Shown: positions 48,909-60,759, numbered from the stretch's first letter. The stretch: 64,000 nt of DNA from Prasinococcaceae sp. CCMP 1430 (GCA_013416795.1 RQSC01000029.1:158491-222490); one strand, 5' to 3'. Notes: a model not told the origin generated them from the sequence alone. Made by a program: numbers and translations.

Positions 48909-49501
48909 TCAGGCGATCTTGCCATTGAGGATGTCGGCGACAATGCGCCGCCTGAAGAAAGGCATGTCGTCCTGCGAGAAGGTCATCTTTGCGTCCCGGG
49001 CCTGGTACTCGGCCATCTTCAGCATGAACACGCCGCAGTCGACACCATTCAACTGCGAGGGCACAGCCTCGCCGTGCTCGTGCGGCCGCTCGACCACCTC
49101 CCAGTCGGACAGGTCGAGGGGCTCGCCTTTCTTGGCCTGATGTTCATCGGACAGCCAGCGTTTGAGGTTCGTGAGCGCATTCAGAACGTCCGAGTGGTGC
49201 ATGGAGTCGTAGAATGTCAGGCGCTTGGCGCGCAGGTCGATGACGCAGACGGTCCAGTGCACCTCCTGGTGCAAGGGGACGATGATCTTGTCCACGTCAA
49301 ACACGCTCTCCGCAGGCAGCTTTCGCGCTTTCAGCCTCGCGGGCAATGTCCACCTCTTGACTCCCTTGTAATCGTACTTCCCAACGTAGCTCCCGCTTTC
49401 CACCGAATACAGCTTCTTGTAGAACATCGTGGTCCAGACCCACACCTTCGGCAGCCGACCACCCGCTTCTGCGTCCCTGACCTGTCTGTCCTTGATCATC
49501 C
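48909..49501 (-). CDS. ULP1: ULP1/SENP SUMO protease, copy 2 (5' end in gap)
   Basis: Same catalytic motifs, with native DLSDW...QLNGVDCGVF. Confidence 0.88.
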
Positions 49502-49896
49502 NNNNNNNNNNNNNNNNNNNNNNNNNNNNNNNNNNNNNNNNNNNNNNNNNNNNNNNNNNNNNNNNNNNNNNNNNNNNNNNNNNNNNNNNNNNNNNNNNNN
49601 NNNNNNNNNNNNNNNNNNNNNNNNNNNNNNNNNNNNNNNNNNNNNNNNNNNNNNNNNNNNNNNNNNNNNNNNNNNNNNNNNNNNNNNNNNNNNNNNNNNN
49701 NNNNNNNNNNNNNNNNNNNNNNNNNNNNNNNNNNNNNNNNNNNNNNNNNNNNNNNNNNNNNNNNNNNNNNNNNNNNNNNNNNNNNNNNNNNNNNNNNNNN
49801 NNNNNNNNNNNNNNNNNNNNNNNNNNNNNNNNNNNNNNNNNNNNNNNNNNNNNNNNNNNNNNNNNNNNNNNNNNNNNNNNNNNNNNNNNNNNNNNN
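49502..49896. other. Assembly gap (395 N)
   Basis: Run of N. Confidence 0.99.
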
Positions 49897-50166
49897 CCCG
49901 CCGGCGGGGGGCGAGGCGCGTTCGAACGCCGACGGCGCTCGGAGCGCCGACGCATCGGTGCCATCGAGGGGGGTCCCCGCGGGCGCGAGCGTCCGCGTCG
50001 GCGCGCGAGCGCGCTACAGGGGACCTGGCGGACGCGACGGCGCCGCTCCGCGCCGCACGTCGCCGCGGGCCGTGTGCCGCGGGAGGGCCGCGCTGGCGCG
50101 CGGCACGTGGTATTAACGAGCGTGATTGTTCAGAGGGAGATCCTCGGCGCACGGGCGACCGACTGC

Positions 50167-52463
50167 TCACGAGAGCGACGGCCACGCCTGCGCCGTGCGG
50201 GGCACTGGCGGCGGCGAGCGCGCGTGCGAGGGCGGCGCCGCCGCCGCAACGGGCGGCCTGCCCTGGCCCCAGGAGCCGATGGCGCGGGGCGGGCTCGTTG
50301 CAGCGAGCCCACCCACCCAGCCACCCGGGCTGGCAGTGGGGGCGCCGCCATCGGCGCGAGCGCTCGCGCCGCCTCCGAGCGTCGGCCAATTGCCCTCCTC
50401 GCCGCCCTGCGTGGGAGGCGGCACGGGGTCCGCCGCGAAGCCCAGCCTGGTCATGCGGGCGAAGCTCGTCCCGAGCGCCGCGCTTCCCGGCGAGCTGCCG
50501 AGGGCGCCCTCCTCCGGCAGTTCGTCGTTGACGAAGTCAGGCTCAATGACGACGCCCGATGTGACGAGAGGTGCGAAATCCTCCTCCGTGAGCGTCGGAC
50601 CGGCGCGCGCGCGTTCCTCCTCCTGCTGCCGCCGGCGGTCGTCCCTCTCGTCGCGCCGCGCGCGCTGCCGCCGGCGCTTCGCGCGCGCGCCCAGTTCATC
50701 GGCGAAGGCCCGCCGCGTCGACTCGGAGAGCAGCCCTGCCTCAGCGAGATCGACCTCAACCAGGTCCGCGGGTGCGCCCAACGGCAGGTGCGCCAGGTGC
50801 GGCCAGCGCCGGCGGCTCGGTGCGTCGAGCACCGCGCGTTCGCTTTCGAGGGGCAGCACGTCGATCTCGGCAGGGAGCTTCTCGTAGCCGCCAACGGAGT
50901 GCACCAGACAGCGCTGGCGCGTGCGTGCCAACGCGTCGGGAGCGGGCAACGAGGTGGGGCGCGCGCACAAGCGCAGGCGCGGGCGCACAGACGCGCAGAG
51001 CAGAGTCAGCACCCCGTGGCGCGCCCAACGCGCGCGCACGCACAGCCGCGCCCGCGGGCGAGCGAGCTGGCGCTGCGGACCATGCTGAGTGGGTGGACGA
51101 AGCGAGCCCTCCCGTCCGACAGTTGGTACGCGTAGTAGTATTCCGCCGCGGCGGGCGTTGTCGACTTCTCCTGCGCCTGCGCCGCCGCCGCATCGCTCTC
51201 TGGCGCCGCTTTGGTCCGGGAGGGCACAAAGGCGGGCGCGGACGAGTCCAGCGGCGCCGCCGCGGCTCCCTGCTGCTTGCTGGACGAATCCCGTGCGGGC
51301 GCGCCGCCGCCGCCAGGCTCTGAGGCGCCTCTGGGTCGCGTCCCCCGACTCTTGCTTGCACCCTGTGCGCCGCCGTGCGCGTGCGCGTGCGCGCGCGCAC
51401 CGTCCGCCACGGCCTTCTGCACGGCGCCGACTCCGCCCCCGCCGACCATTGTGAGCTCCGCGCGCAGGCGCGGGTCGGAGCGCGCGGCAATCGCCGCCGC
51501 GCGGCGCCGCATCCATTCCTCGTCACGTGCCTGCAGCGCGGACAGGCACATCTCGGCGACCGCCGCTTCCTCGGGGAACACAGCGGCGTTTTCGGCCATG
51601 GCGCGCTCCAGCGCGCGCGCGCACTCGGCCGAGGCCGGCGATGTGCACAGCGTCACGCGAGAGAACGGGCAGCACAGGCTCCCACCGGCGCGGCCTCCGC
51701 TGCCCCCGCTGCCGCCGCCGTCGTCGCGTGCGCTCGCGCTCTCGCTCTCCGTTTCGTTCCCATCCGCGCGTGCCCCCTGCGGTGGCCTCACCCCTGCCCT
51801 GGGGAAGCCGTGGTCATGCGACCCCTCGCTGGGCCAGGACGGCGGCAGCGCGACCGCCGAGCCCTTCCGCCGCCGCACGAGCGTGAAGCGCAAGCGCGCC
51901 ATCGCCGCGGCTGGCTGCTGCGGCGCGCCGCCAGTGCGCAGCATGGCGCAGCGCAGCGCGTCCGTGCGGACCACCGACTGGCACACCGCGCACTTGGCGC
52001 CGCCGCCCTCGGCACCATGCGCGAGCATGCGCATGACGCAGGTAAAGCAGTACACGTGGCCGCATTGCGTGAGCTGCGGCCCCACCATCTCGTCGGGCTC
52101 CTCGAGGCACACGGGGCACACCTGGCGCTCGGACACGTCGAGAAGCACCTCAGCGGCCGCCACGTCGGCGAAATCCACGTCGACGTCCGGGTCGACCGAG
52201 GCGCGTGCGAGGCCCGGCGCCGCATCCGACACCAAGAAGCGGAAGTTGGACGCCAGGAACGCCGCGCGCGAGAGCACGCCGCCGCCGCTGACGCTGTGCG
52301 GGGTCTTCCGGCCAGCGCGACCGGCGCCGCCGCGACCCCTGCCGCGGCCTCGACCCGCGCTCGCGCTCCCGGCCCCGCTTCTGCCACCGTGGCTCCCTGC
52401 AGGCCCGCGCCCGCGCCTTTCCCTTTCCCTTGCCCTTGCCCTGTCCCTTGCCCTTCCCCTTGC
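50167..52463 (-). CDS. RNF10: RING finger protein RNF10/Mag2-like; intron 50914-51080; 5' end cut at N 52464
   Basis: SNFRFLVSD...DPD, C3HC4 RING CPVCLEE...CGHVYCFTC, YYAYQLSDG...HPLSM|RCL, HLPLG..LVEVDL. Confidence 0.85.
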
Positions 52464-52465
52464 NA

Positions 52466-52920
52466 CGAGGGCCACCACATTGCGGGTCGCTGCAACTACA
52501 ACGTGTGCTGCCCTGGCATGGACCACGTGATGGGCACCTACGTGCCGCCTGAGGTTTGGCGCCCGATGGCGCGCATGCCCCGCGCGAGCGGGCGCCCGCG
52601 CGCGCGTCTACCCCCCCACCGGCCCAGAATCGGATCCACGACCAGCGCGGCACATGCCGCAGCAGCGCCGGCCGGCCCGCGGGGCGCGGCGGCGTTCGCC
52701 CTGCCTGCGAGTCGCGGGTTCACCGGTCAGTCAGGTGGGTTTGGTTTCTCTCTGTCAGCCAGCTCCTCCCGCCCGGCAATGGCAAAGGCCGGGGCGAGTT
52801 CGATTTCGATCAATTTGTGGGTGCGGCCGAGGCTGCTGCATGCGCGCCAAGGTGCGAGCGAAACGAACACGGGGTGGCGTCTCCCCTGACCTGGGGTGCG
52901 TTTTCTTAGATCGTGCTAGT
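52466..52920 (+). CDS. 3' exons of an unidentified gene (putative exons 52466-52553, 52763-52851, 52909-52920)
   Basis: EGHHIAGRCNYNVCCPGMDHVMGTYVPPE|LLPPGNGKGRGEFDFDQFVGAAEAAACAP|RSC*; splice sites are inferred only. Confidence 0.3.
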
Positions 52921-53180
52921 CGCGTTCGATCCCCCGGACTGACTGGGTGTCAGTCGGTGGCTTTGATTGTGAGGCGCGTCCGCCCGTGGCATTGCGCATT
53001 GATGGCGCACTCAGACATTGCAAATTGCAAGGCGTGGCGCGTGCGTGCGTGCGCTGCACGTGCTTGCACGTTTTGCCGCGAGGGACGGGAAGCGCGTGAG
53101 GCTTGCGAGAGGCGAGGGGACTCGACCGACGGGCTCTGTGGCAAGAGGGACAGCGCGCGCGCGTGCCTCGTGTGCTTCGT

Positions 53181-53240
53181 GTGCGCACGTGTGTGTGTGC
53201 GTGCGCACGTGTGTGTGTGTGTGTGTGACTGTGCGTGCGA
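53181..53240. repeat. (GT)n microsatellite cluster
   Basis: GTGTGTGT runs. Confidence 0.8.
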
Positions 53241-53774
53241 CGTGCGCGTGTGCGTGCTCCAAAAGTATCACGTCCGCGGCGCGCGGGCCTGGGCGCGGGG
53301 CGCCGCGCGCCCACACCGCGCGCTCGACGCGCCTCGTGAGCACCCCCTGCAGAGCACGCCACGGCCGCACGCGCGGCCGGCAGCCGCGCTCCCCGGCCAC
53401 CGGCCTCGCGCGCTCTGCCCCCCTTGACCGGCTCGCGCAGGCGGCATCCCGATGCGTCTCGGGGAACCGCCGAATTCGATTTTGGCGGAAAATACGATCA
53501 AAATGCACTACTATTCGAACCCTATTATAACAACCCATCAGCTTAGGTATATTTCGAACGCAAGCACGCCCGTTCATACCCTTAATCAAAACCTAAACCA
53601 AGTTTGAGTTCGAGTCCCCGGGCCCGGACTCGCCGCGTGCGCGTGCACGCGAGCGCGGGCGGGCGTGGCGGGGCGCCAGCAGAGGACGGCGGAAGGAGCG
53701 CGGCGTCCGCCCGGGGCGAGCGGGCGAGCGGGGGCGCAAAAAGTTTTCGAAAGTGGGGCAACAAGCCAACAACA

Positions 53775-55235
53775 ATGCTCTCCGCGGCGCGCCGCCGCGC
53801 GGCGTCGTGCTACTCTGCGGCGCGCGCCGCTGGAGGCGCCGCGTGGGACCGCCATAACGGCCGGTCGGGCACTGGTGCCGCCTGCCCTGTGGTGCCGCCT
53901 CCAGGCACGACGGCCAAAAAAGGGGGTCGTCGCGCCCTGTCGACGTCCGATTCTCACACCAGACCGCAGCCGACCGCGCTTCTCTATCTCTATCCCGATC
54001 CTCCGGGCGGTTACGACAACATCCGCTACCTCCGCGAGCCCGGCGAGGACGCGCTCCCCCTGGCCGCCGAGGGCGGCTCTGCGGCGTGCTACCCCGACGG
54101 TCAACGGCTGCCCGCGTGGCCGAGCTCCTCGGGCGTGGCGCCGCCGCTGCCCGGCGCGCTGCTGGGCTGCGTGTCGGGCGAGCTTGGTCTGCGCGCGCTG
54201 CTCACCGAGGAGCTCGGCGTGGAACTCATCGTCACCTGCGACGAAAAGGAGGCGCGGGAGGCGCTCGGCGTAGCGCAAGTAGTGGTTTCGCAGCCCTTTT
54301 GGCCGCTCTACCTCGACTCCGAGGCGCTGCGCGGCGCGGAGAACCTGGAGCTGGTCGTCACTGCCGGAGTCGGGAGTGATCACACGGACCTCGCCGCCGC
54401 TCGAGAGCTGGGCATCGACGTCGTCGAGATCACCCAGTCCAACAGCTCCTCCGTGGCGGAGCACGCGGTGATGCAGGCGCTGTCGCTCGTCCGCAACTTC
54501 CTGCCCTCGCGTCAGAGAGTGATCGATGGCGAGTGGGACATCGCCGGCTGCGTGTCGCAGGCGTACGACGTGCTCGGCATGCACGTGGGGACCGTGGGGT
54601 GCGGTCGCATCGGCCACGGCGTGCTCGAGCGCATGGCGCCATTTGTCGGTCCGTCGGGACGCTTCATGTACACGGAGCAGCACAAGCTGCCGCCGAAGAA
54701 CGAGGCCCAGCTCGGACTCGGCAAGGGCGCGCACTATTTCAGCGAGGTGGCCGAGATGGTACCGCACTGCGATGTCGTCTTCGTGAACGCGCCGCTCACC
54801 GCGCAGACGGACGGCCTCTTCGACAGGGACATGATCTCGCGCATGCGGCGCGGCGCGTACCTCATCAACACCGCGCGCGGGCGCATCTGCGACGCGCAGG
54901 CTGTGACGGAGGCGCTCGAGTCGGGGCAGCTGGGCGGTTACGCCGGCGACGTCTGGTACCCACAGCCAGCCCCGATCGACCACCCGTGGCGCTCGCTGTC
55001 TCGGGGCAGCGCGCTCACGCCGCACGTGAGCGGCACGACGCTGAGCGCGCAGGCGCGCTACGCGACGGGCGTCGCAGAGGTGCTGCACGAGCACTTCGTC
55101 CATCCCGGACGCAAGCGCTGGCCTGAGGTCTACAACGTGGTCAAGGACGGCGAGCGCGCGGGCGTCGGAGCGCGATCCTACAGCGAAGAGGCACTCGAGC
55201 CCATCGTCTCGGGCACAGCCATGCCCGCACGCTAG
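53775..55235 (+). CDS. FDH: NAD-dependent formate dehydrogenase, bacterial-type, with N-terminal presequence
   Basis: LLGCVSGELGLR, SQPFWP, TAGVGSDH, SNSSSVAEH, GCGRIG, NTARG, GYAGDVWYPQPAP.DHPWR, TPHVSGTTLSAQARYA; intronless. Confidence 0.96.
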   Translation: MLSAARRRAASCYSAARAAGGAAWDRHNGRSGTGAACPVVPPPGTTAKKGGRRALSTSDSHTRPQPTALLYLYPDPPGGYDNIRYLREPGEDALPLAAEGGSAACYPDGQRLPAWPSSSGVAPPLPGALLGCVSGELGLRALLTEELGVELIVTCDEKEAREALGVAQVVVSQPFWPLYLDSEALRGAENLELVVTAGVGSDHTDLAAARELGIDVVEITQSNSSSVAEHAVMQALSLVRNFLPSRQRVIDGEWDIAGCVSQAYDVLGMHVGTVGCGRIGHGVLERMAPFVGPSGRFMYTEQHKLPPKNEAQLGLGKGAHYFSEVAEMVPHCDVVFVNAPLTAQTDGLFDRDMISRMRRGAYLINTARGRICDAQAVTEALESGQLGGYAGDVWYPQPAPIDHPWRSLSRGSALTPHVSGTTLSAQARYATGVAEVLHEHFVHPGRKRWPEVYNVVKDGERAGVGARSYSEEALEPIVSGTAMPAR

Positions 55236-55685
55236 GTTCCGATTTCGAGTGGTGGCGACGCGCGCGGCCACGGCATTATGAGTCCCTCGCGACTGGAGTT
55301 CGCGGCTGATTGCCGCTCTGGGTGAGGACGCGCCCGTTCGCTGAGGGAGGCCGCCCGGCAGGCTGGCAGGCGGTGCGAGGTTGAGCTTGAACGTGTGCAC
55401 TCTCTCCGGGGCGCACTCGAGAGCCTCTCTCTCTTGCGATTTGCTTCATTGTGCCACCATAAGTCAGCCACGGCACGGTCGGTGCGCATTGGTTGGTCCC
55501 AACAGAAGCTGATCCAAACGGCCTGTGGTGTGTAGTAAATCGAACCTGGCCGGCAAAGTTTGCACCCTTTCGTTTTGACCTGCGGCGTCGACGCCGGCTC
55601 GGACGCGTTCGCGCTCGCGCTCGCAGCGAGGCGGGGGCAGGCGCTGCATCAGACAAGACGAGGGGAGGATGAAAGGCGGCAAGTN

Positions 55686-56958
55686 GCCGGCGCGCCGCCG
55701 CGAGCCACGTGGGGCGCCCGCCTTGCGAGGGCGTCGCGCGAACGCCGGTGCTTTGCGGCGTGGGGCGGGGCTGGCCAGAGGGGCGATGGCGGGGGAGGTC
55801 ACCGCGGACGCAACAGCTCCGCCGGCCCGGGCGCGCTCGTGATGCGCATGCGCTCCGCGCCGAGCGTGCAGCACGCGTTGGACCTCAAGCGTGTGATGGA
55901 GCGCAAAGGAATCGATCCCGACGTGGGGGCGTACACGGCCATCCTCGCCGTGGCGGCCAGGCACCGGGACGCTGCAACGGCTGGAAACCTGGTCGAGGAG
56001 ATGCGGCAGAGAGGCGTTGCGCTCGACTCTGGCGCGTACTGCGCGTTGCTCTCGGCGCACGCGCGCGCGAGCACTGCCACATCCACAGCGGACGCGGCGG
56101 ACGCCTGGAACGCCATGCGCGCGGAGGGCATCGAGCGCAACGAGCCCTGCGTGCGCGCGTTCGTCGACGCATGCGCGCGTGCAGCCTATCTCGACATCGC
56201 GTTCGAAGCCGTGGTGGAGCTCGCGAAGAGCAGAGCCGCCAGTGGCCATCCGCCGCCCGAGCCGAGAACGTGGAACCGCCTGATTGCCGCGTGCGGCCGC
56301 GCACGCCGCCCCGGCCATGTCGAGCGCGTGCCGGTGCTCATGCGACAGCACGGCTGTCGCGTCGGCGCCGACACGCGCGCGTTTCTGGCGGAGGCGTACG
56401 GCCGCTGCGGTGACCCCGCGCGCGCGCTGCGATTGGTGGAGGACCACGCGCGGCGCCACCAGACGAACCCGACCGCGGAGGAGGCGCTTGCGTGCGTGCG
56501 CGCGTGCAGGGAGAGCAAGAGGTGGGACCTGTCGGACGCCGCCTTCGCGATGCTGGAGGGCGCCGGCGTGCTCGACAGGTACGCGCGCGCGCACGCGCGC
56601 GCCTCTGGTGCGGCAATGCCGGGGCACGGAACGCCAGTTGCAATCCCGCGCTCGGCGGGGCCAATGGGCGCACGCGTGCACTCGCTCGCTATCGCAGCTA
56701 ACCCGCCGCGGGCGCTGCAGCGACCATCCTGACAGGCCCTTCGCCCTGCATCAGATGCAGCGGCACGCCGCCAAGCGCGCGAACGCGGAGAAGCGCGCGA
56801 GCCGCCGACACGAGCGCGCGGCGCGCAAGCGGACGTGGCGCGCATTCCGGCAGGAGCAGGCTTCGCGCAAGACCGACCCGGCGTCGGACGCGCTCAGCGG
56901 CGCTGGTGGCGGCCCCGGCGCAGGCAGCGGTGGAGGCGGCGCCTGGTGGAAGGCCTGA
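55686..56958 (+). CDS. Pentatricopeptide repeat protein; intron 56579-56735; 5' end uncertain (N at 55685)
   Basis: PPR-like units PDVGAYTAIL, DSGAYCALLSAH, PEPRTWNRLIAACG, FLAEAYGRCG. Confidence 0.8.
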
Positions 56959-57017
56959 GAGCATCCCTTTTGTACTACGCTGTATGATATGTAATCGCTT
57001 GACGTACGTCAGGTCCG

Positions 57018-58079
57018 TCACGTGGCTGTCACGCTCGCATCCGCAGCTGGTGGCGACAGCGTGACCCCCCGCCCCTTGAGCCAGCTCTCCAGCTCGGCCT
57101 CCGCCGCGTCCCAGTCGCCAGTGAAGTGGATGGCGGCCATGCCCACGGCGCGCGCGGCCTCGACGTTGGCAAGCGCGTCGTCTACGAAGATGGCGTCGCT
57201 CGCCGACACGCCGAGGCGCTCGGTGGGGATGGTGTACGCGCGCGCTAGAGGGCGGCAGGCGCGTAGTGCACGTCGGCGCGGGCATGCGGAGGGGGCGCGC
57301 AGGGGGAGCACGCGGGCGGCGCGGGGGGAAGGTCAGCGCGGCGCGCGCGAGCAAGGGGGCGCGCACAGCGGGCGGCGCGAGGGCTCCAACGCCGGCGCTC
57401 CCGTAGGCCCGCCTCATTCGCACCGTCCGGCTTCCTGACGCCCATGTGGCAGCTCACGAAGGACCACTCGAGGTACTTCGAGAGCACGAGCTCCTCCTCG
57501 ATGGCCTGGTACCACACCGGATAGTTGGAGAGAGCGTGCGTGCCGAGACCCTCCGTGGCCTTGAGCCGCGCTAGCACTCGCTCGGCGCCCTCCAAGTAGC
57601 GGTAGTGCGCACGCACGTGGCTCAGCAGGCCATCGGCGGACACGGGCGGCTGCGACGCAGCGTGCTCCTCTGCCCAGAACTTCTCGCAGAACGCCGCCGC
57701 GTCGATTTCGCCGCGCTCGAAGCGCAGCCACGACTCAGGGTGCTTCACTGACAGCAGCTCTGTGCGATCGCGCGAGGCGGCCGTCGCGCGCAGGCGGGCG
57801 CACTGGGTCAGCGCGTTCGGAGGCTCTGCGCGTGCGGCCCTGGCGCGATGCCAGCGCGGCACTGGCGCGGCGTTGGCGCGGCGTTGGTGCAGGTCGCGTG
57901 CCCGCACCCTTGAACGTGAGGTTGAAGTACGACGGAAACTCGTCGAAGAAGGGGTCGTGCACCAGCGTGCCCATGATGTCAAGTAGCACGACCGGACCGC
58001 TGCCGCGCCGCGCGCCGTCGGCGGCGCCCGCCGCAGCCACCGTCGCCATGCCGCTGCTGCGGCGCGGGCTGCGTGCCGG
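57018..58079 (-). CDS. FHY1: HAD-family flavin mononucleotide hydrolase (chloroplast FHY1-like); introns 57760-57907 and 57245-57423; start in gap
   Basis: LLDIMGTLVHDPFF, KHPESWLRFERGEID, LSNYPVWY, SFVSCHMGVRKPD, FVDD..ANVEAA. Confidence 0.85.
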
Positions 58080-58658
58080 NNNNNNNNNNNNNNNNNNNNN
58101 NNNNNNNNNNNNNNNNNNNNNNNNNNNNNNNNNNNNNNNNNNNNNNNNNNNNNNNNNNNNNNNNNNNNNNNNNNNNNNNNNNNNNNNNNNNNNNNNNNNN
58201 NNNNNNNNNNNNNNNNNNNNNNNNNNNNNNNNNNNNNNNNNNNNNNNNNNNNNNNNNNNNNNNNNNNNNNNNNNNNNNNNNNNNNNNNNNNNNNNNNNNN
58301 NNNNNNNNNNNNNNNNNNNNNNNNNNNNNNNNNNNNNNNNNNNNNNNNNNNNNNNNNNNNNNNNNNNNNNNNNNNNNNNNNNNNNNNNNNNNNNNNNNNN
58401 NNNNNNNNNNNNNNNNNNNNNNNNNNNNNNNNNNNNNNNNNNNNNNNNNNNNNNNNNNNNNNNNNNNNNNNNNNNNNNNNNNNNNNNNNNNNNNNNNNNN
58501 NNNNNNNNNNNNNNNNNNNNNNNNNNNNNNNNNNNNNNNNNNNNNNNNNNNNNNNNNNNNNNNNNNNNNNNNNNNNNNNNNNNNNNNNNNNNNNNNNNNN
58601 NNNNNNNNNNNNNNNNNNNNNNNNNNNNNNNNNNNNNNNNNNNNNNNNNNNNNNNNNN
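58080..58658. other. Assembly gap (579 N)
   Basis: Run of N. Confidence 0.99.
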
Positions 58659-58940
58659 GCCGGTCACGGAGGATGCCGCGGCGCCGGTCACGGAGGATGC
58701 CGCAGCGCCCGGCGCGGAAGACGCCGCGGCGCCCGCCGCGGAGGACGCCGCAGCGCCCGCCGCCGAGGACGCTGCGGCGCCCGCCGCCGAGGACACCGTA
58801 GAACCCGCCGCCGAGGACACCGTAGAACCCGCCGCCGAGGACGGTGCGGCGCCTGCCGCCGAGGACAGCGCGGCTCCCGTCGCCGAGGACACCGTAGAAC
58901 CCGCCGCCGAGGAGGGCGCGGCGCCCGCCGCCGGGGAGGG
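58659..58940 (+). repeat. Coding ~24-nt tandem repeat (AAEDAAAP / AAEDTVEP octapeptides)
   Basis: Repeated GCCGCCGAGGAC... units. Confidence 0.85.
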
Positions 58941-60759
58941 CGCGGCGACGGAGGAGGGCGGCGAGGCTGAGGCCGGCGGGTCAAACGAAGGCGAGGTTGC
59001 ACCCTCCGACGATGGCGCCGATGATGCTGGAACGTCGGAAGTTGCCCCGGCCGAGACTGCCGAGGGCGCGGCGATGCCAGCCGGTGCTGGGCGCGAGGGC
59101 GCCGTCGAGGGCGCAGAGGGCGACGCGTCCGCAGAGGGAGAGGGGGGATCCGGTGCCGGGGCGGCTGCTACCGCGGAGGATGCCGCCCCGACGGCAGACG
59201 AGGGGGCGGCCGGAGCGGATGCGGGCGCGCCCGCGCCCGCCGCGTCTGCCGGCGATGGCGCCGCCGCAGCGGTCGAGGATGCCCAGGCAGGCGAGGGCGC
59301 AGCGGTTCTCGAGAGCGCCGCAGGCGCCGAGGAGGCGGAAAATACGACCGAGGAGGGCAACGCCGCCGCGGGGGAGGGCGAAAGCGCCGGGGGCGCTCAG
59401 GGCGCCGCGGCGACTGCCGAGGACGGCGCGGGTGCAGAGGGTGCCACTGCTACGGGCGATTCGCCGGGCGGCGTCGTCGGCGACGAGGATGCCAAGGACG
59501 GTGCAGACGCGGCCACGCTGGACGCGGGCGACACAGAGGCCCTCGTCGGTGGGGCTGACGGATCGAACCGCTCCGAAATCGAAGGGTACGACGAGGACGA
59601 CGAGGCCATCGCCGCCGAACAGCACACCGCATTGCACGACCTAGACGAGGAAGCGGTGGTCGTTGATGCCGAGGCGGATGACCTCGCGCTGGCAGAAACG
59701 GCAGTGTCGGAGCTAGAAAATCGCGAACGCGAGCTGCGCGGCATCAACGCCGCACTGCAGCGCCGCGTGGCTGCCGCGCTGCAGAGCCGCTCCCCGAGCG
59801 GTCGCGCGATTGGCGGCGGCGCCGCCGCCGAGCGCGGCGCGCGCGGTGGCGGAGGCGGCGGCATCAACAGCCCCGATCGCGATGCGACCACTCGCTACTC
59901 GAGCGGCCTGCAAATGTGGATCGACGCGAAGGAGGAGCTTGGCACGGCGCAGGAAGATGCCACCGCGTTCGAGGCCGACCTGCGCGCGCGCCTCGTGGAG
60001 CGAGAGGAGACCTCGGCGCGCGCGGCCGAATCGTTCAGGGCGCTCAAAATGGAGGTGGCGCGCGCCGCGGAGGACTCGCGCACGGGCAAGGGCATTCCTG
60101 AGCGCACACTGCGCTCCTTCGAGTTGCAGGACGCCGAGAAGGAGCAAGAAGTGCAGCGCGTGCGCTTGAAGAACATCCAGCTGCGCGCGCAGCTGCGCAA
60201 GCTCGAGGGCTCGCTGCGCCAGAAAGAGGATCTCGTGGACGGGCTGCACCTGATCGACTTCGAGCAGCTCAAGATCGAGAACCAGTCGCTGGCGGAGAAG
60301 ATCGTGGAGCGCAACGAGGAGCTGCTCAAGCTGCGCAAGAAGACGACGAGCACAGTGCAGGTGCTCACGCACAAGAAAGAGAAGCTGAAATTCGTGCAGA
60401 GAGAGTCAGAGGTGCTCGCGCGGGCACTGGAGAGACTCGAGAAAGAGCTCGCAGGGAAGCGCGACGAGCTGCAGCGCGCCAAGCGCCGTCGCGACAAGCT
60501 GCGCACCGACAATGCCATGTTGCGCGCGCAAAACGGAAAGGTGACCTCAGTGGCGCTGCTCAACGACATGGATGTCCAGTCTGGGAAGCGCGACGAGCTG
60601 CTCGTGTCTCTCAAGCAGAAGCGGCGGGAGCAGGCCGCCGCCGCACGGTCGCTCGCGAACGCGCAAGGGGACTACGAGGCCCGCGCGGCGCAAGTCGACG
60701 CGGTGGCAAACGCGGGGAGGGCGACCAACGCCGGCATGCGAGCCGGTTTTTCACCGTAG
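58659..60759 (+). CDS. CCDC96: CCDC96/CFAP184 flagellar coiled-coil protein with a long Ala/Glu/Asp repeat N-terminus; start in gap
   Basis: VQRVRLKNIQLR, QKEDLVDGLHLIDFEQLKIENQSLAEKIVERNEELLKLRKK, VQVLTHKKEKL. Confidence 0.88.

Noticed and set aside
53470-53610. AT-rich patch with repeated TTCGAA upstream of FDH as a MITE or heat-shock element
   Set aside because: No terminal inverted repeats or TSD, and spacing does not fit nGAAnnTTCn; probably ordinary promoter DNA.
53586-55400. 604-aa minus-strand ORF, and similar long shadows over PDE12, eIF2B, SERAC1 and 61447-62982
   Set aside because: Antisense or alternate frames of recognisable genes, with no motifs of their own.
44825-58079. Flavin-metabolism cluster (FAD synthetase and FHY1)
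   Set aside because: 12 kb apart, and the FAD synthetase is a truncated piece inside the mosaic; likely coincidence.
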